A DNA stretch of 62,920 nucleotides, filler included, from Vannella sp. (lineage: Eukaryota), in the NCBI GenBank assembly GCA_023345925.1. It is 7 parts of 7 records of this genome, joined end to end, with 100 filler letters (N's around TTAATTAATTAA, not from the genome) between each part and the next. Parts side by side here need not be neighbours in the genome. Positions count along the whole stretch, not along the records: positions 45,061 to 59,600 come from JAJQQN010001081.1; positions 59,701 to 62,920 come from JAJQQN010000853.1; 5 more parts are not named here. The stretch is one strand, 5' to 3'. Of the stretch, positions 49,099-61,714 are shown piece after piece; positions within the stretch are counted from its first letter, which is position 1, and each line of letters opens with the position of its first letter. Below the pieces are notes generated by a model. It was not told where the DNA came from. It saw nothing but the letters and a program-made list of their open reading frames with translations, and did not search any database. Position numbers and translations under genes: made by a program.

Positions 49099-49462
49099 CG
49101 CCTCCCAAAGAATGAAGAAACACCTTTCCCTGTTCTGTGTTGAGTTTGAAGCTGAGGAGCAGATGACTGACGACTGAAGAAAGCTCAAAGAGAGGGAAAA
49201 AGTCCAACAATCCCTTTTTCGCTCGAGTTTGGAGCTCTTTTGTTCCCCATTGTGATTCTGGGCAACCCATTTTCACATTTTACTCGCTCACAGTCCAATT
49301 GGAAGGCCCTCTCGACAAAGCAGTGTCTGGGTCCCATTCATCTTCCCCTGAAGAGGAGAAGAGTTTCTTTCGGTGCGAAAGAGGAAGCCCAATGCTCATC
49401 ATTGATGATTCTGATGACTTCAGTAACCACTCCCATCGGAAGGACCTGATTTTACTAACGAT

Positions 49463-50005
49463 TCACTTTTTGACCTTCCCAGGCTTGTGAGTTCCAAACT
49501 TGGTTCGCACGCTGCGGACTAGCTCGAAAAAGGGCTCTTTGATATGGATAGAGTCCTTGGCGGATGTTTCGTAGAACGGGCAGCCAAAGGAATCGGCAAG
49601 GCATTGACCTTCCGCATCAGTCACTTGTCGTTCCTCCTCCAAGTCACACTTGTTCCCTACTAGGACCATGGCGAACTTGCCCTCATTCCCTTCCTTAAAC
49701 GTAAGGATAAGGTCACGGAAGCCAGTCATCTCTACAAAGGAGCTGTGGGAGCAGATGGAGTATGTGAGAAGGAAGCCTTCAAAGATGCGAAAGTTACGTT
49801 CGCATATGACGTTGAAACCGTCTTGACTAGCGCTATCCAGAATTTCAAGCAAACATGTCTCATCATCGATACTCATGTTTTTGCTGAAGATGTCCTCGAT
49901 GGTGGGATCGTACTCATCCACATAGCGGTCCGTAGTGAACTGGATGGTCAGCGTAGACTTCCCAACACCAGGTGGTCCAATAACCATAAGCTTGCACGCG
50001 GACAT
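49463..50005 (-). CDS. Divergent intronless Ras-like GTPase lacking CAAX
   Basis: GPPGVGKS, effector loop YDPTIED, G3 DSASQ, GNKCDL, ETSAK; ends KPGKVKK*. Confidence 0.85.
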   Translation of the reverse strand: MSACKLMVIGPPGVGKSTLTIQFTTDRYVDEYDPTIEDIFSKNMSIDDETCLLEILDSASQDGFNVICERNFRIFEGFLLTYSICSHSSFVEMTGFRDLILTFKEGNEGKFAMVLVGNKCDLEEERQVTDAEGQCLADSFGCPFYETSAKDSIHIKEPFFELVRSVRTKFGTHKPGKVKK

Positions 50006-50163
50006 GGAGGACAAAAGAACCTTCCGCGTTGTGGCGGGCTTCTAAAGGGAAATGTGCGCTGGAGCCTGATTGGCCGAAAGACGACCAATCAAATGAATAA
50101 GGTTCCCGCCAATTCTTTCGATTTCTTCGAATTTTTTACTTTTAATCATTTTCTGTTGGAAGC

Positions 50164-53100
50164 ATGAGCCGGGCGAAGCTGGAGGCCCTTTTGGGCCAAC
50201 TCCACGCCAAGCCGAAGGAGCCGCTGGATGTTATTTATAACATCAAGCACACTTGCTTCCAGAATGTGGCGTTGGACCAGTTGGGCGTGCTCTGTTCTCT
50301 CCTGTTCAGGTCTGACTCTTCCATTCTCCGGTTCTTGGAAGGTTCTGTTCGCTCTGCAGACCACAAGTTAGAGTCGAAGACCAGAGACTCTCTCTTTAAC
50401 TTCCTTGGTGAGTTCTTGTCCTTCCTCCAGAAGAACAAGTTCGCCTACCAAGAGTACGCTCAGGAGATCTTGGTGCGCCCTCTCCCTCTTCTCTCCCTCT
50501 GCACGTACCAAGAGTTGACTTGAGTGTAGGACACTTGTGTGTCTCTGTTCAGAAGGGATGAAAACAACCGGGTTCGAGTGGAAGCAGTCACAACGCTCCA
50601 TACGTTGCTGGCATCGGAGTATTCTGGCTTGGAGGCGAACGAACTGGATCTTGGTGCTTTAGTGGATCTCATTCTGAAAGAGTACAACTGTGGAAAGTGT
50701 TCTCCTGGTCTAAAGGGTACCCTACTGGAGGCTTTGGGAGTGTTCTTCCGTCGGTTCCCTCAGGAGATCCTCCACCGGGCCAGTACCATCCAATCACTCT
50801 ACTTAGATACTCTTGATTTGGTCAGTATCATTACCTTTCCGTTCTGTTCCTGACTGGCGCATCAGAACTTCAAAGGAAAGAAGCCTGTGATGGCCCACAT
50901 TGCTGCAGCGTTAAGCGGTCTTTGCTCACTTCTTCAGCGCTTCTCTGCTGATTTCCTGGATGATGGTTTGCGTGTGCAAAAGGTTTATCGTTACATTTGC
51001 TTCGCCCTGGAGCCGCCAGAGGATCTGCTTCGATTCCAAGTACCAAAAGGTGTGTTATATTGGCTTTATTGTGATTCCTTCTGATTGGGACGTAGCTGGT
51101 CTCAATATGGTGATCGAGCACGCGGCTGTGTTTCAAAAGTATCTGACGGAGGACAGCGTTAAGATGTATAAGCGATTGTCCAATTTATGTCAGCATCGGA
51201 ACAAGGGGTTAAGCCACAAAGCTTTCCTGGCAATGAGTGAGTTCTTCAAGCAAGTAGCGAACCAAATTGTCTCTTCTGAGCGCTCTGAGCAAGCGAATAC
51301 GGAGACATTCAAGTTTTTTGTTCGGGCCTTTGTTCAAATGATGGACACACAAGCTGGATTCTCCATGTCAGAAATCAGCATCGCACTGCGTGGTTTCGGA
51401 TCGTTCGCGGGTCCCATCTTGCGATACTCAGGAGTGGGAGAGCTCAAGCAGCGGTGTACGAAACTCTTTGAGTTTACAGAGCGATTCCTCGCCAGCGATT
51501 TCGAGCATCTGGACGAGACGTCTTATCATCTTCCAAGCTTCTTGACGGCTTTTTCACAAATGCTGCAGCTCGTAGATGTTGTAGAGGAAGCTCATTTGGA
51601 TTCGCTCGAACGGCTCTTGCTTGCAGTCTTTGTCTTTTACCCTCAGCTCGGTAATGCGCAGATCGTTCGTTATGGGGAAGCAATCTCTCGATTATTGTAT
51701 TCTCTCTTCACCAAACAGTCAGCTCTTGAGGATCTTCTGTCTCGAGTGGGTGAGTGTATATGTTGTAACTTCGCCAGATGTCTTCTGACTGGTAATCTTA
51801 GTTTTCAAAGGGCTAATTTTCACTTGCACAAAACCTGCTGGTGGAGAGGAAGAAGATAGGGAGCACCACACAAGGTATTATCGCCTTTGGGAGGTGCTCT
51901 TAGATCCTATCATTCTTCCTGATCTTGACGTCCCTGAGAAACAGCGTTCAAGCTTAGTGAGTCTCTAATCGATTAATATTCTTTTGAGAATCTAACAGAG
52001 GGATTAGTGCAAGATCATTTATGACCAATTGATCTCCAACATCCTGCTGATGATCAAGAAGCTTGACATTAAGTATGTCGTCCAAGCTCCTCTTACCAAT
52101 CCAGATGGCGAAGAGGCAGAAAAATCTGGAGGCGCTACTGATGCCGATGCTGTTCAGCGCATCGTTTTGAGCCAACCCAAAGACTTTGAAGTGTTCAACT
52201 GCTTGGTTGGCCTCACTCACAGGATGCTACTGAAGCATGGAGGCTCTCTCTTTGAAAATTGGGTCTACGTTTACAGCAAAGAGCTTGTCCAACTGGTCCA
52301 TCAATTCCCTATGATCAGTGGGTTTTATAAGTTGCTTACCACAGCGATGATTCTTTGCACTAGAACCAACTACTTTGACGTGGAGCGCGCTGATTCTACT
52401 CGTCCACGAGACAGAGATGTTTGCTTCACTCTCTTTGATAAGTTCCGCAAAGAGGCAGAATTCCGCGTCCATCAATTCAAGAACGAGCTGCTTTCTTCCT
52501 GTGTTCAGTTCGTTCTGTCTGTACCCAAAGAGTTCACCACTTTATCATTCCCACTCGCCGCACTACAAGTAGCTCTTCGAATTGGTCTATCTCACATTAA
52601 GATGGCGCGGATTGGATTGGATGCAATTGAGTCTTGGTTAGAAACAGCAGAGGTTGCATTGGAGGCGCATTTACCATCCATCTTGCCGCTGTTGAACGAA
52701 TACCTCTCTCTTGATTCGATTGAGCACGAAGCCAAAGTCGTCTTGAGGTCCGAAAAGGTCTTCCAATTCAAGCAACGTGCGGCCATCAACAAACAGTCTA
52801 AAGCAAGCGTTTTGGAACAAAGCGAGACGATGAAACTGCAGGTGAGAATCATCCGTTTGTTGGGCCAATTTGGTGGACGCAACTTGGACATTGTTCCAGA
52901 TGTGCCAGCAGCTATTGCAAGCAGCTCCTCTGCTATTTCGTGGGACCCAACCAAACGCATTCGCTTCTACGTACCTTTCAGAGATTACAAACCAGAAATC
53001 TTCCTTGATGGGTTCGTTCCAAGAGTGGTAGAAATTGCCGAGAACTCCACAGACCGGCAAAGCAAAGTTGCTGCTTGCGAATTGCTGCATTCCCTTATTC

Positions 53101-56100
53101 TGTACATGGTGGGAAGTAGCGTGCACAAGCAAAGCGATCTCACCAAGTACTACTTGCTCTACCAGCACATTTTCCCTTCCCTTATTCGCTTAGCAACTTC
53201 TCCGGAAGCCATTGCTCGGCAATTGTTCCGCCCTTTAACTTTCCAATTGATCTTTTGGTTCACGAAGAATCAGCAAAAAGAAAGCGCTGACACAATGACT
53301 CTTTTAGATGCCATTGTAGAGGCTGTGGGAAATACTGACGATGGTGCACTACGAGAGTTTGCTGCGGAGTGTCTGGCTTACTTCTTACAATGCTCTTTCG
53401 ATACCAAAGAAGCAGAAGATGGAAGCCCTCTGAACGTGAAATCTCTGTTCAAGCGTTTGTTCAGTCTCGCCCATCATCCAGAGCCTTACAAAAGGCTTGG
53501 ATGCGCTCTGACTTTCAACAAGATCTATCGCTTGTTCAGGACGAACGAGGTCGTAGTGGATCAGTTCATTTTCGAAATCCAGGATAATCTCCTCTTCAGC
53601 CTCCGTTTGGCTGCCAGAGACGACCCTTCCATGAACTCTTCCGAACTCATTTCAGAGGCTGTGCGAAGCGTCACGCGCATAATTGTGTCCTACGCGAAGG
53701 CTGGAAAGCTTCTGAAGCCGAACAAAAAGCGACGCGAATATGCCTCATTAGCGGAGTTTGTGGACAAGTCCATCTTTCCTGGCACTAATCGCCCAGAAAA
53801 AGCGTGTCGCCATGAGTATATGAGCATCTTTGTCCAATGTGCTAGCTATGTGGCTGGTGCCAAGTCCCCACTTGGGTGGATTCAGAAGAAGCTGCAATTG
53901 GATTCCATTCAATGGCTGCTTAACTTGTACGAGCTGCAGTCGCCTTCCTCTCTGAGCCTTCCTACAGTCGTTGGGCGAGCCACATTCTCTGGATTGGTCG
54001 AGTTCTATAACAAGTTTGGGTCACTGACAGACTCTTACACTTGGATCTTCCGGGAAGAGTTCATTGATCCGTCAGTGCTTCTAGCAGGCAAAGTGAAAAC
54101 TTGTCTTTTCCAGAGATCAGCCCTCTTCTTCAAAAGCTATGCGCAAGCTAATTGCGAGGGAAGCGATGGAGCTGCGCTGGGTGATTCGATGGCAGACATC
54201 ACCTCAATTCCAACTTGCTTTGAGGGGCTTTCTCCTTTAGAGTGGGAGACTTACAATACCGCAAAGAGTGCGCTGTTGGTATTGCTCTTCCGCTTATTCG
54301 CTCTTCTGCTTGAGAGCTTTCCGGACTTCCACGTGCCGGAGGAGATTTTTGATCACCACGCGTTTTACGAAGTCTTCTTGACTGCAGTTCTTTCGCCTTC
54401 CTGGATTGGATTTGCTGCAGGAGCCGAAGGCTTGGTGGTTCTTGAGGGATTATCGAAAGTGTTGGAGGCGAAGCTGCCTTCTCCTCAGATGAACATTTTG
54501 CAAGAGACTCTGAAGCGTTTCCTGACTCATCCAAAGCTCAATGTCATGTCACTCACTGAGCCATCCTCTGGGGGATTGGATGTACAACGAGCTATTGCAC
54601 TTGTGGAGGGATATCGCGTTTTGTATCGAACCAAGTTGCTCCGCCATACTCGCTTTGCAAAGTTCACTGCTGCACTGTCTAGTAGGCTGTTCTCGAGCCT
54701 TTTCGAGCAAAGCAGCGAGTATCTCCCCAGCCAGCTTCTGGTTGGACGCCATTTATTCGCTCTTTGTGTAGAACTTCAGTTACCCACTGCTCTGGTGCTC
54801 CAATGTATCTTGAGCGATGAGGCTATAATGCGCTCTTCTGATAACTCCATCGTTGTTGCAAAGGAGAGTGATTCTGAGGGACTGCTAGGTCTAATGGCTC
54901 GAAGCGATATCAAGGGGTCTGTGTTCTTCAACCACTTCTCGGAGGAAATCACTGAACTTCTTGCCAATCGATTCAATGAAGCAGCTCCTACCCTTCTGGA
55001 AAAGTGCCAAGGAGGGCATCCAGTCATATGGTCAGTAATGTGCAGCATTCTTGACTTGGCCGCAAAGGTTCCCTCAAAGTGTCACCCAATCCTCGATGCC
55101 TTTGCAGCGAATGCAGGAGGGCTGTTGACCATGTTAGTGAAAGGTGTTCACTTCCAAAAAGAAGCTGTTTTAGATGTATGTCGTCGGGCTTTGCTGGCTG
55201 ACCGGGCCTATTTCTTGGACGTGGCAAAAGGAGGTTATTCTTTTGTTCTGAAAGCCTTTTTACATGCGTTAGCAGATCCCTCTTTATCTTTACGGACAAA
55301 AGGGCTCTCTCTGTTAGCTTCTCTCCTTCAGTCTCCAGATATTCAAAAGGATGTGGGCACTCAAGTCAAGGCTGCCGTCGATCATTTGCTTGTTTATAGC
55401 TTTCCTTCTCGGTTCAAAGATCTTCCCAAAGGTACTCCGCTATTTGCAGATCTTCAAATATGTCTGGAGGCCCTGTTAGACTGCCTTCAGGCTTCCCGTA
55501 GTGTCTTGCTCCTGAAGTGTCTCCTACCTTTGATGCGTTACCAGGACGAGGACCACCCTTTTGCTTTGCTATTAACGGAGCGTTGGAAGAGTCTTACTTC
55601 GTCCCTTTCTAGTGCAGAAGCGTCTGAGTTCTTCCATGTTGCAATGATTGAGGGCCAAGACATCTCTCATACAAATCAACTCCGTTTGGCCATCACCCAA
55701 AACCTCAGTGTTCCTCTCCTTTTCCAAATGTCCTCCGACGAGTGCACCACTGCTGTTGCCACGTACATCAGAGCGTTTATGGAGCTAATCAGCGCCCCTT
55801 TCCAGCCTCAGCTTCAAAGTGTGGAGGACAATGACGCTGATCTTACCGGAAGAGCGTGCACTTATCTGCTTCTACGAACAATCTTCGACGTACTCCCTGC
55901 CAAGAACATCAAGGACTCCTTGAATAAGCTTTACTGTCCAAACGAATCTGCCAAACAGAATGAATTGACGACAGCAATAATGAGGTCTGCCCACTCGGCC
56001 AAGTCAAAGAAGATTGAGGGCAGTGTCACTCCTTCAGTGATTCTTCATTATCAACAGGCTGCCTACAATGCTCTTGCGTCAGTCGTCATTTGTACTCAGA

Positions 56101-59100
56101 CGAACCCGAGCTTCTTCCCAGTGTTTCTATTCAAAGAGAGTCCAGCAAAGGGAGAGGTCCTTTGGGAGCACATTGTGGACACTCAAGCTCCAATTGCCTT
56201 TGCAGTTGAAACCCAGTTCCCAACTATGCGAAGTTACTCTGCTCTTATCAAGGAGCGAAGTCAGTCCAAACCTGACGCTATGGAAGACAATCCAGCAGCT
56301 CCCCGTTATGTCACTTCTCAGTATCTAGTAGAGAGCAGTCTTAGCCAAGACATATCTTACTTGTCATCACTCTATAACTCCCAACAAACTTCGGATCAGC
56401 AGAGCTCCAAGGTTACCGCTTACCTTTCTAATGGTGCTGAAAAAGGCGACAACAAGGAAGGGCAAGAGTCCGCTTCACCAGAAGAGTTAGAACTTGACTC
56501 GATCAACCAGAATCCGTGCATGCCGTCACTTCTGCGAACACTTGACCACATTCATAGCCAATTTGCTCACACTAACGTCGAAGGACAGATGCCGGAGTGG
56601 ATGAAGCTTATTCACAGCACATTCTTAGACAGCGCAACACCCCCGAGTGTTGCTATATTCCTGGGTAAAGTCGTGGTCAACAGGCCAGCATTGTTTCTGC
56701 CTTTTGCATCTCAATGGCTTGAGCCACTCCTTACCTTGGCAGTATCTCCTCTAGTATCTGGGGACTTTAATTACTTCTTCCGAGACTTGTGCATCACTTT
56801 GCTGTTGCATTGGCCGACAGTAGTCCCTGAAGGCCCAGCTCAAGAGCAACTCGCCTCCCAATTGTTCTCCAAAATGGTTGCCAACGTTCTCTACAGTGCC
56901 CGTTTCATCGTCAAGTGTAATATTGACATTATTAAGCTCTTTGTAGAGCGATGGAAAGGCCACTTTGTCCCAACAAAGAAGTCTCTTCTTGATTTTATCG
57001 CTGCAGATGAGAAGCGACCTAATTCCAAGCTTCAGCGGATAACTGGTTTACAGATTGCTGGAATCCTATTGGCCAATGGACTGCCCCTTTACGACCCTGT
57101 CCATGACCGCTCTATTTCTGAGTCTAATCTGGCCAGCCACCTTACCCGCAATCTCCAGCACACGCACAAGGAGGTATATTGTACTGCTGCAGAAGTGTGT
57201 GGTCTTGTCTTTAAACAGGAAGGTCTTCATGGAGACATCGCCGCGCTAACAAAAGAAGCCTTGAATCGGGCATTCACTACAGGAGATAGCGCGCGTTTCC
57301 TCAATGTTCTAGAGAGTATTGGTCACCATTATCCTGAATTCATGGACGGCTTCTTCGTCAAGCTATTCAGCCTTCTTCCTCAACTCGTCGGCGCTTTCCG
57401 TGTGTCCGGCTTAAAGCTGATTCGCACTCGCATGGGCGATGTCGAGGACACATTCAAGAATCTGAGACCAGTTTTGGACAAACTAACGACTTATCAAGAT
57501 ACTGAAGCGCAGCTACTGGTTTTAGAGATCTTCTCTGGTTTGGCCTCTGAAATAGAATCTGGGGTGGCGCTATCCTATGTGGACTTGCTGCGGACCACGT
57601 TTAGTTCCCATTCTTCTATTGACTGTCGTAGGAAGTTTTACCAGCTTCTGATGTTGATGTACGGACTTCCAGGTCTCCGCGATGCAGAGTCTTTGCGTGA
57701 GGGCTTGTTGGAGGCTTTTGGTGATAAGGACGAATCCATAAGAAAGGAGTCCTTGGTCTTTTGGAACCACTCTCAGCGTCTCAGTAACAATGCAGTCCAG
57801 CGAATGCAGCAGCTTTTCCAAGTTCTCTATGCACCTGGTGCAGAACAGCATTGGGTGCAATGTGTCGCAGAGTTACTGTTATTGTTAGCTGCTGAAAGTC
57901 CGGACTACGAGATTGCCCTATTCGAGGCCCTATCGGAAGATTCTCCGCTTTTTGAGTACAAAATTGATAACGCGTGGGGTTCTCGTTCGATGCCGATGAC
58001 TCCGATGTTCTCCACTCAGTCCCAAATGGAGATTGATCTGGAATTTCCAAGTCCCATGTCCATAGAAGGGACTTCAGGAGGTGCCAGTTCCTCGCAAGTT
58101 CGAGAATCTCGCGTATTCTTCTCTCCGACCATGAATTCTCAATCTCGTGATGTTGAGATGGGCGAGAGTCAATCTGACTTCCAAGTAGCTCCTGGAGCTC
58201 TCTTTGCTGCCCCAACATCGCCCAGCAAGAGGAAAGCAGAAGGGTCTGACCGCATTCCTTACCGATTCACCAATTACGCCTCGCTTCATCCCTCTCAGAG
58301 TAGTAACGTGTTTATGAAAACTGCGTTACGGAACAGTGCCAAGCGAGAGCAATACCTGCGACAGGCTCGAGACCGCAGAACCAATCAAGTTGAGATCCTC
58401 AGAACTTATAGAACAGGACAAAACTGCCCTCCAGATGTGCAAATCAAGCCACGCGAGATCTTGGCACCTCTGCAATCCTTAATCCGAAAGGATGAGCTTC
58501 TAGCAAGCCAATTCTTGCCAACACTGTTCCACAGTCTCTTGGAAACTCTGGACGAGAACTCTCAGTCTGAGCAGAACGCGATTTTCCAAAACTTGATTGA
58601 ATCCATTCTCGAGAGAACTCGGGGCGCCTCGTCTGTCTCCGCTGCGTTGATGCAAGTCTGCTACGAATCAAAGAATCTGACAATCTCTCCAGCTCTTATC
58701 ACAGCTGCAGCACTTTCTAGTTTCAATTATCATCGTGGAGTTCTCCTTCTTGAGAAGCAGATAATCGAGTGTGAAGAGGTGGCTGTCTCACAGAAAGCTA
58801 AGGGGAGAAAGAAAGCAAAGGCAGCAACTCCTCAGTTCCAACAGAGTGACCAACTGAGTAATGAGTGGGCCGAGTTAGTGCTGCTATACAAAGCGCTCAA
58901 AGAAGAGGACATCCTCTCAGGTCTCTCTAATCGTCTCTGCTCTGAAGAAGCTACTCGCGATGCTCTCAGTGCTGAGCTGAAAGGTGACTACCGAGATGCC
59001 TTAAGCATTTATGAGAAGGTACTCGACGAATTGGAAGCTGAGGATAACACTGAGTTGGTCCTGGAAGAAGAAATGTGGCAAAAATCACGATTGGAATGTA

Positions 59101-59600
59101 TGGCCAAGTTGTTAATGTGGGACTCACTGGCAAAGAACACCATTGAACAAGTGGGTGAAACAGATAAGCTTTGGGAACCGCAATTCCGTTCGCCCATGCT
59201 CTCCTATTACATTCAAGCCAATCTTTACGACCGCAGTCGACTGAATGAGTTGGTTCAGTTTGTGAGTGATGCACAGGAGAAGCTGGAGCATCGCCGAATT
59301 CTTGAGACCGAGTTCCTCCCTGAACTGGCTGTTCTCCACCTTTGCTCGAATGACTTGGACCAATCTCGGTTCTTTGTATCTCGCTATTACCTCCACTTTT
59401 TAGAGAAATGGAGGAATGTGCACCCTCTGGCTTTGGTCGCTCGACAGTCCTTAATGCACCAAATCCAGCCTATGGTGGAGCTTGAAGAATTCCTGCACTT
59501 TTGTCAAAGTCCAGCAAACTTTGAGGCAGAAAAGCCTTTGCAAGATCTCCTCCAGAAGTGGGCGAAGCGGTATCCTTCTGTTGCGTCAAGTGACTCTAAC
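50164..59600 (+). CDS. PRKDC: DNA-dependent protein kinase catalytic subunit (5' part; kinase domain beyond contig end)
   Basis: DRQSKVAACELLHS, KSLFKRLFSLAHHPEPYKRLG, ELELDSINQNPCM, S/TQ clusters (ESSLSQD; PMTPMFSTQSQ), LRTYRTG...PDVQI, start of the FAT region. Five short 5' introns precede a ~7.6-kb exon. Confidence 0.93.
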
Positions 59601-59700
59601 NNNNNNNNNNNNNNNNNNNNNNNNNNNNNNNNNNNNNNNNNNNNTTAATTAATTAANNNNNNNNNNNNNNNNNNNNNNNNNNNNNNNNNNNNNNNNNNNN
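59601..59700. other. Artificial contig spacer
   Basis: N44-TTAATTAATTAA-N44. Confidence 0.98.
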
Positions 59701-59830
59701 ACTCAGGATTGGTGTCCATGATTGTCCAGTCTCTCTCTAATATGTAAGTCAGGTGACAGACAGCAGGAGAGTGCCTCTTACTTTAAAAGATCAAATACGT
59801 TTTCTTCTCGTTTCTTTCCGTTGGTTTCTC

Positions 59831-59937
59831 AGACATCTTGAAGGTCACCTATCGAGATTAAGGAGACGCTTCATTGCCGTGGTTTCTGAGGGACGCAGAA
59901 CCTAAGTCCCCTCAATTAGGTGACCTTCAAGATGTCT
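59831..59937. mobile_element. 107-bp element with perfect 21-bp inverted repeats (MITE or hairpin-RNA candidate)
   Basis: AGACATCTTGAAGGTCACCTA (59831-59851) and TAGGTGACCTTCAAGATGTCT (59917-59937), flanked by CTC on both sides. Confidence 0.45.
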
Positions 59938-60207
59938 CTCTGATAGAAGGAGGAGGCTTGGGTCCACAAGTGTCTGCCGATTGTTCAACCGTGCGTTCGG
60001 TTATCATTCTCTCTTCTTCCGAAAGGTCAAGCCCAGCGGATACTCAAGCTTTTGTCTAAGATTTATGATTTATCCATACTTTCAGAGTCCAACCAGCTCT
60101 TCCTCAGAATGGTAAATCCTCGGATATATTCAACTGAACTCCCAGGAATTGGTTTGAAACAATCCAACCAGGAATGAGCGGACAAAATTGTCCACAATTT
60201 CTCCAGG

Positions 60208-61282
60208 ATGAGCCGATCAACCATGGTAGTGGTCACAGCTGCCGATCTGGCGCAGCATGAGGCCAAGAAGTCTTTCGGCAAAAAGAAGGAAGCAATCAGC
60301 GCCTCCTCCATCCACACTGCTGCGAGTGTCTCGCACTCTCAAAGGATCAGTGTTTACAGCGCAAGACACTCGATCTTGGTAGTTGGGGATGGTAACCTCT
60401 CGTTCAGCCTTTCTTTAGCTTCGTTCTTGGTACGATGACTCGATCCCTCTCGTCCTACCTCTCACCAACCACTAGGGAGGCCAAAGTATTGTCGCATCAT
60501 GCTACGATTCCGAGTCTATCTTCCGTGAGAAGTACCCCGGCTCTGCTGGTAACATCAGAGCCCTCAAGACCCTCGGTGCTACTGTTCTCTTTGGTGTGGA
60601 TGCCACCAAACTCCATGAAGAGACACGCCTTCAAGGGAGGGAGAAGCCATTCGATCGGATTGTGTTCAACTTCCCTCACTCTGGCAGTGCTGGGTCCACA
60701 AAAGAGAGTGTAGCTTCCAACCAAGAGCTTCTCCAAGGCTACTTTGTCTCAGCCTCTCTGATCGTTGAGGCTAAGGGCCAAGTGCACCTTACCCTCCGAG
60801 ATACGCACTTCTACCAGTCCTGGGAGATGCCCAAGCAGGCAGAGGATGGTAACTTGTACCTTATACACAAGGAACCCTTCCAGGCGGACTTGTTTGTGGG
60901 GTACGAGGTGGCGCGAACCGCCTCGAGTGAGTTGATGCGCCAGGCGCCCTCCACGGACGATGCCTTCATCTACTGCTTTGCTCTCTCATCCAAGCACCCC
61001 AGAAGGTGTGGAATAGAAGAGGAGAAGCTACCAGAAGGGGAGGAGAGTGCGTCACTTAAGAGGAAGCGTCCTCTGAAGAAGAAGAAACTCTCCACAGACG
61101 CCTCCTTTGATTGCCACCACTGCGGCGTGAAGATGGCCACTCAGGCCAAGTGGAATGGCCATATCAACTCCCCCAAACACAGTAAAGCCCTCAAAGCGGC
61201 CAAAAAGGCGACAAACTTGCAGAAGCAGACCAAACCCCCCAAGAAGAAGGCCAAGAAAGCCTCTGAGAAGGCCAGCAGTTAG
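60208..61282 (+). CDS. BMT5: BMT5/DUF2431-like rRNA uridine-N3 methyltransferase with C-terminal C2H2 zinc finger (2 exons)
   Basis: ILVVGDGNLSFSLSL|...VLFGVDATKL...FDRIVFNFPH...NQELLQGYF; zinc finger CHHC-x12-H-x5-H; Lys-rich tail. Confidence 0.82.
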
Positions 61283-61714
61283 TTGAGAAGATAAATCATC
61301 GAACGGACTGACTGGCTGACTGACTGACTCGCTCAAACTGGTTTCCTGAGCCAAACTCTAATCAGGAGGGGAGGAACCAAACCAGTGCCAGTCCTTTATC
61401 CATCTAACTCAGTGAGTAGCCAGCGATGATGATTTAGAAGATCCAATCCAATTCCACTTCTCTTGCAACAGTCTGGGCCACCAGCACGATGTTCAAGAGA
61501 GAGAGTGGTCGATTGAGACTGATTGTTTCTCAAAGTAGTGAACAGCTCAACTCGTTGGCACAGTGACTTAGCCATTCATGAAGGTTCTTGTTCCTTGTTT
61601 CCAACTGAAAAAGGGAGAACCAAGAAACTAGTGTGACAATGCCAGGTCTGACGGCAAGAGAGCCTCTCTCCAGATCTCTGGAGTTGAATCAGTTGGTGCC
61701 TCCTCCCTACCGCA

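Noticed and set aside
49463..49465. UGA recoding (Cys/Sec/Trp) suggested by TGA at the Ras CAAX Cys and the pseudogene Trp
   Set aside because: TGA terminates the kinesin, IDE and CDO genes normally, no in-frame TGA occurs in conserved exons, and readthrough would not leave a terminal CAAX.
45158..59600. RAD18 and DNA-PKcs on one contig as a DNA-repair cluster
   Set aside because: They act in different pathways and are separated by unrelated genes; chance is sufficient.
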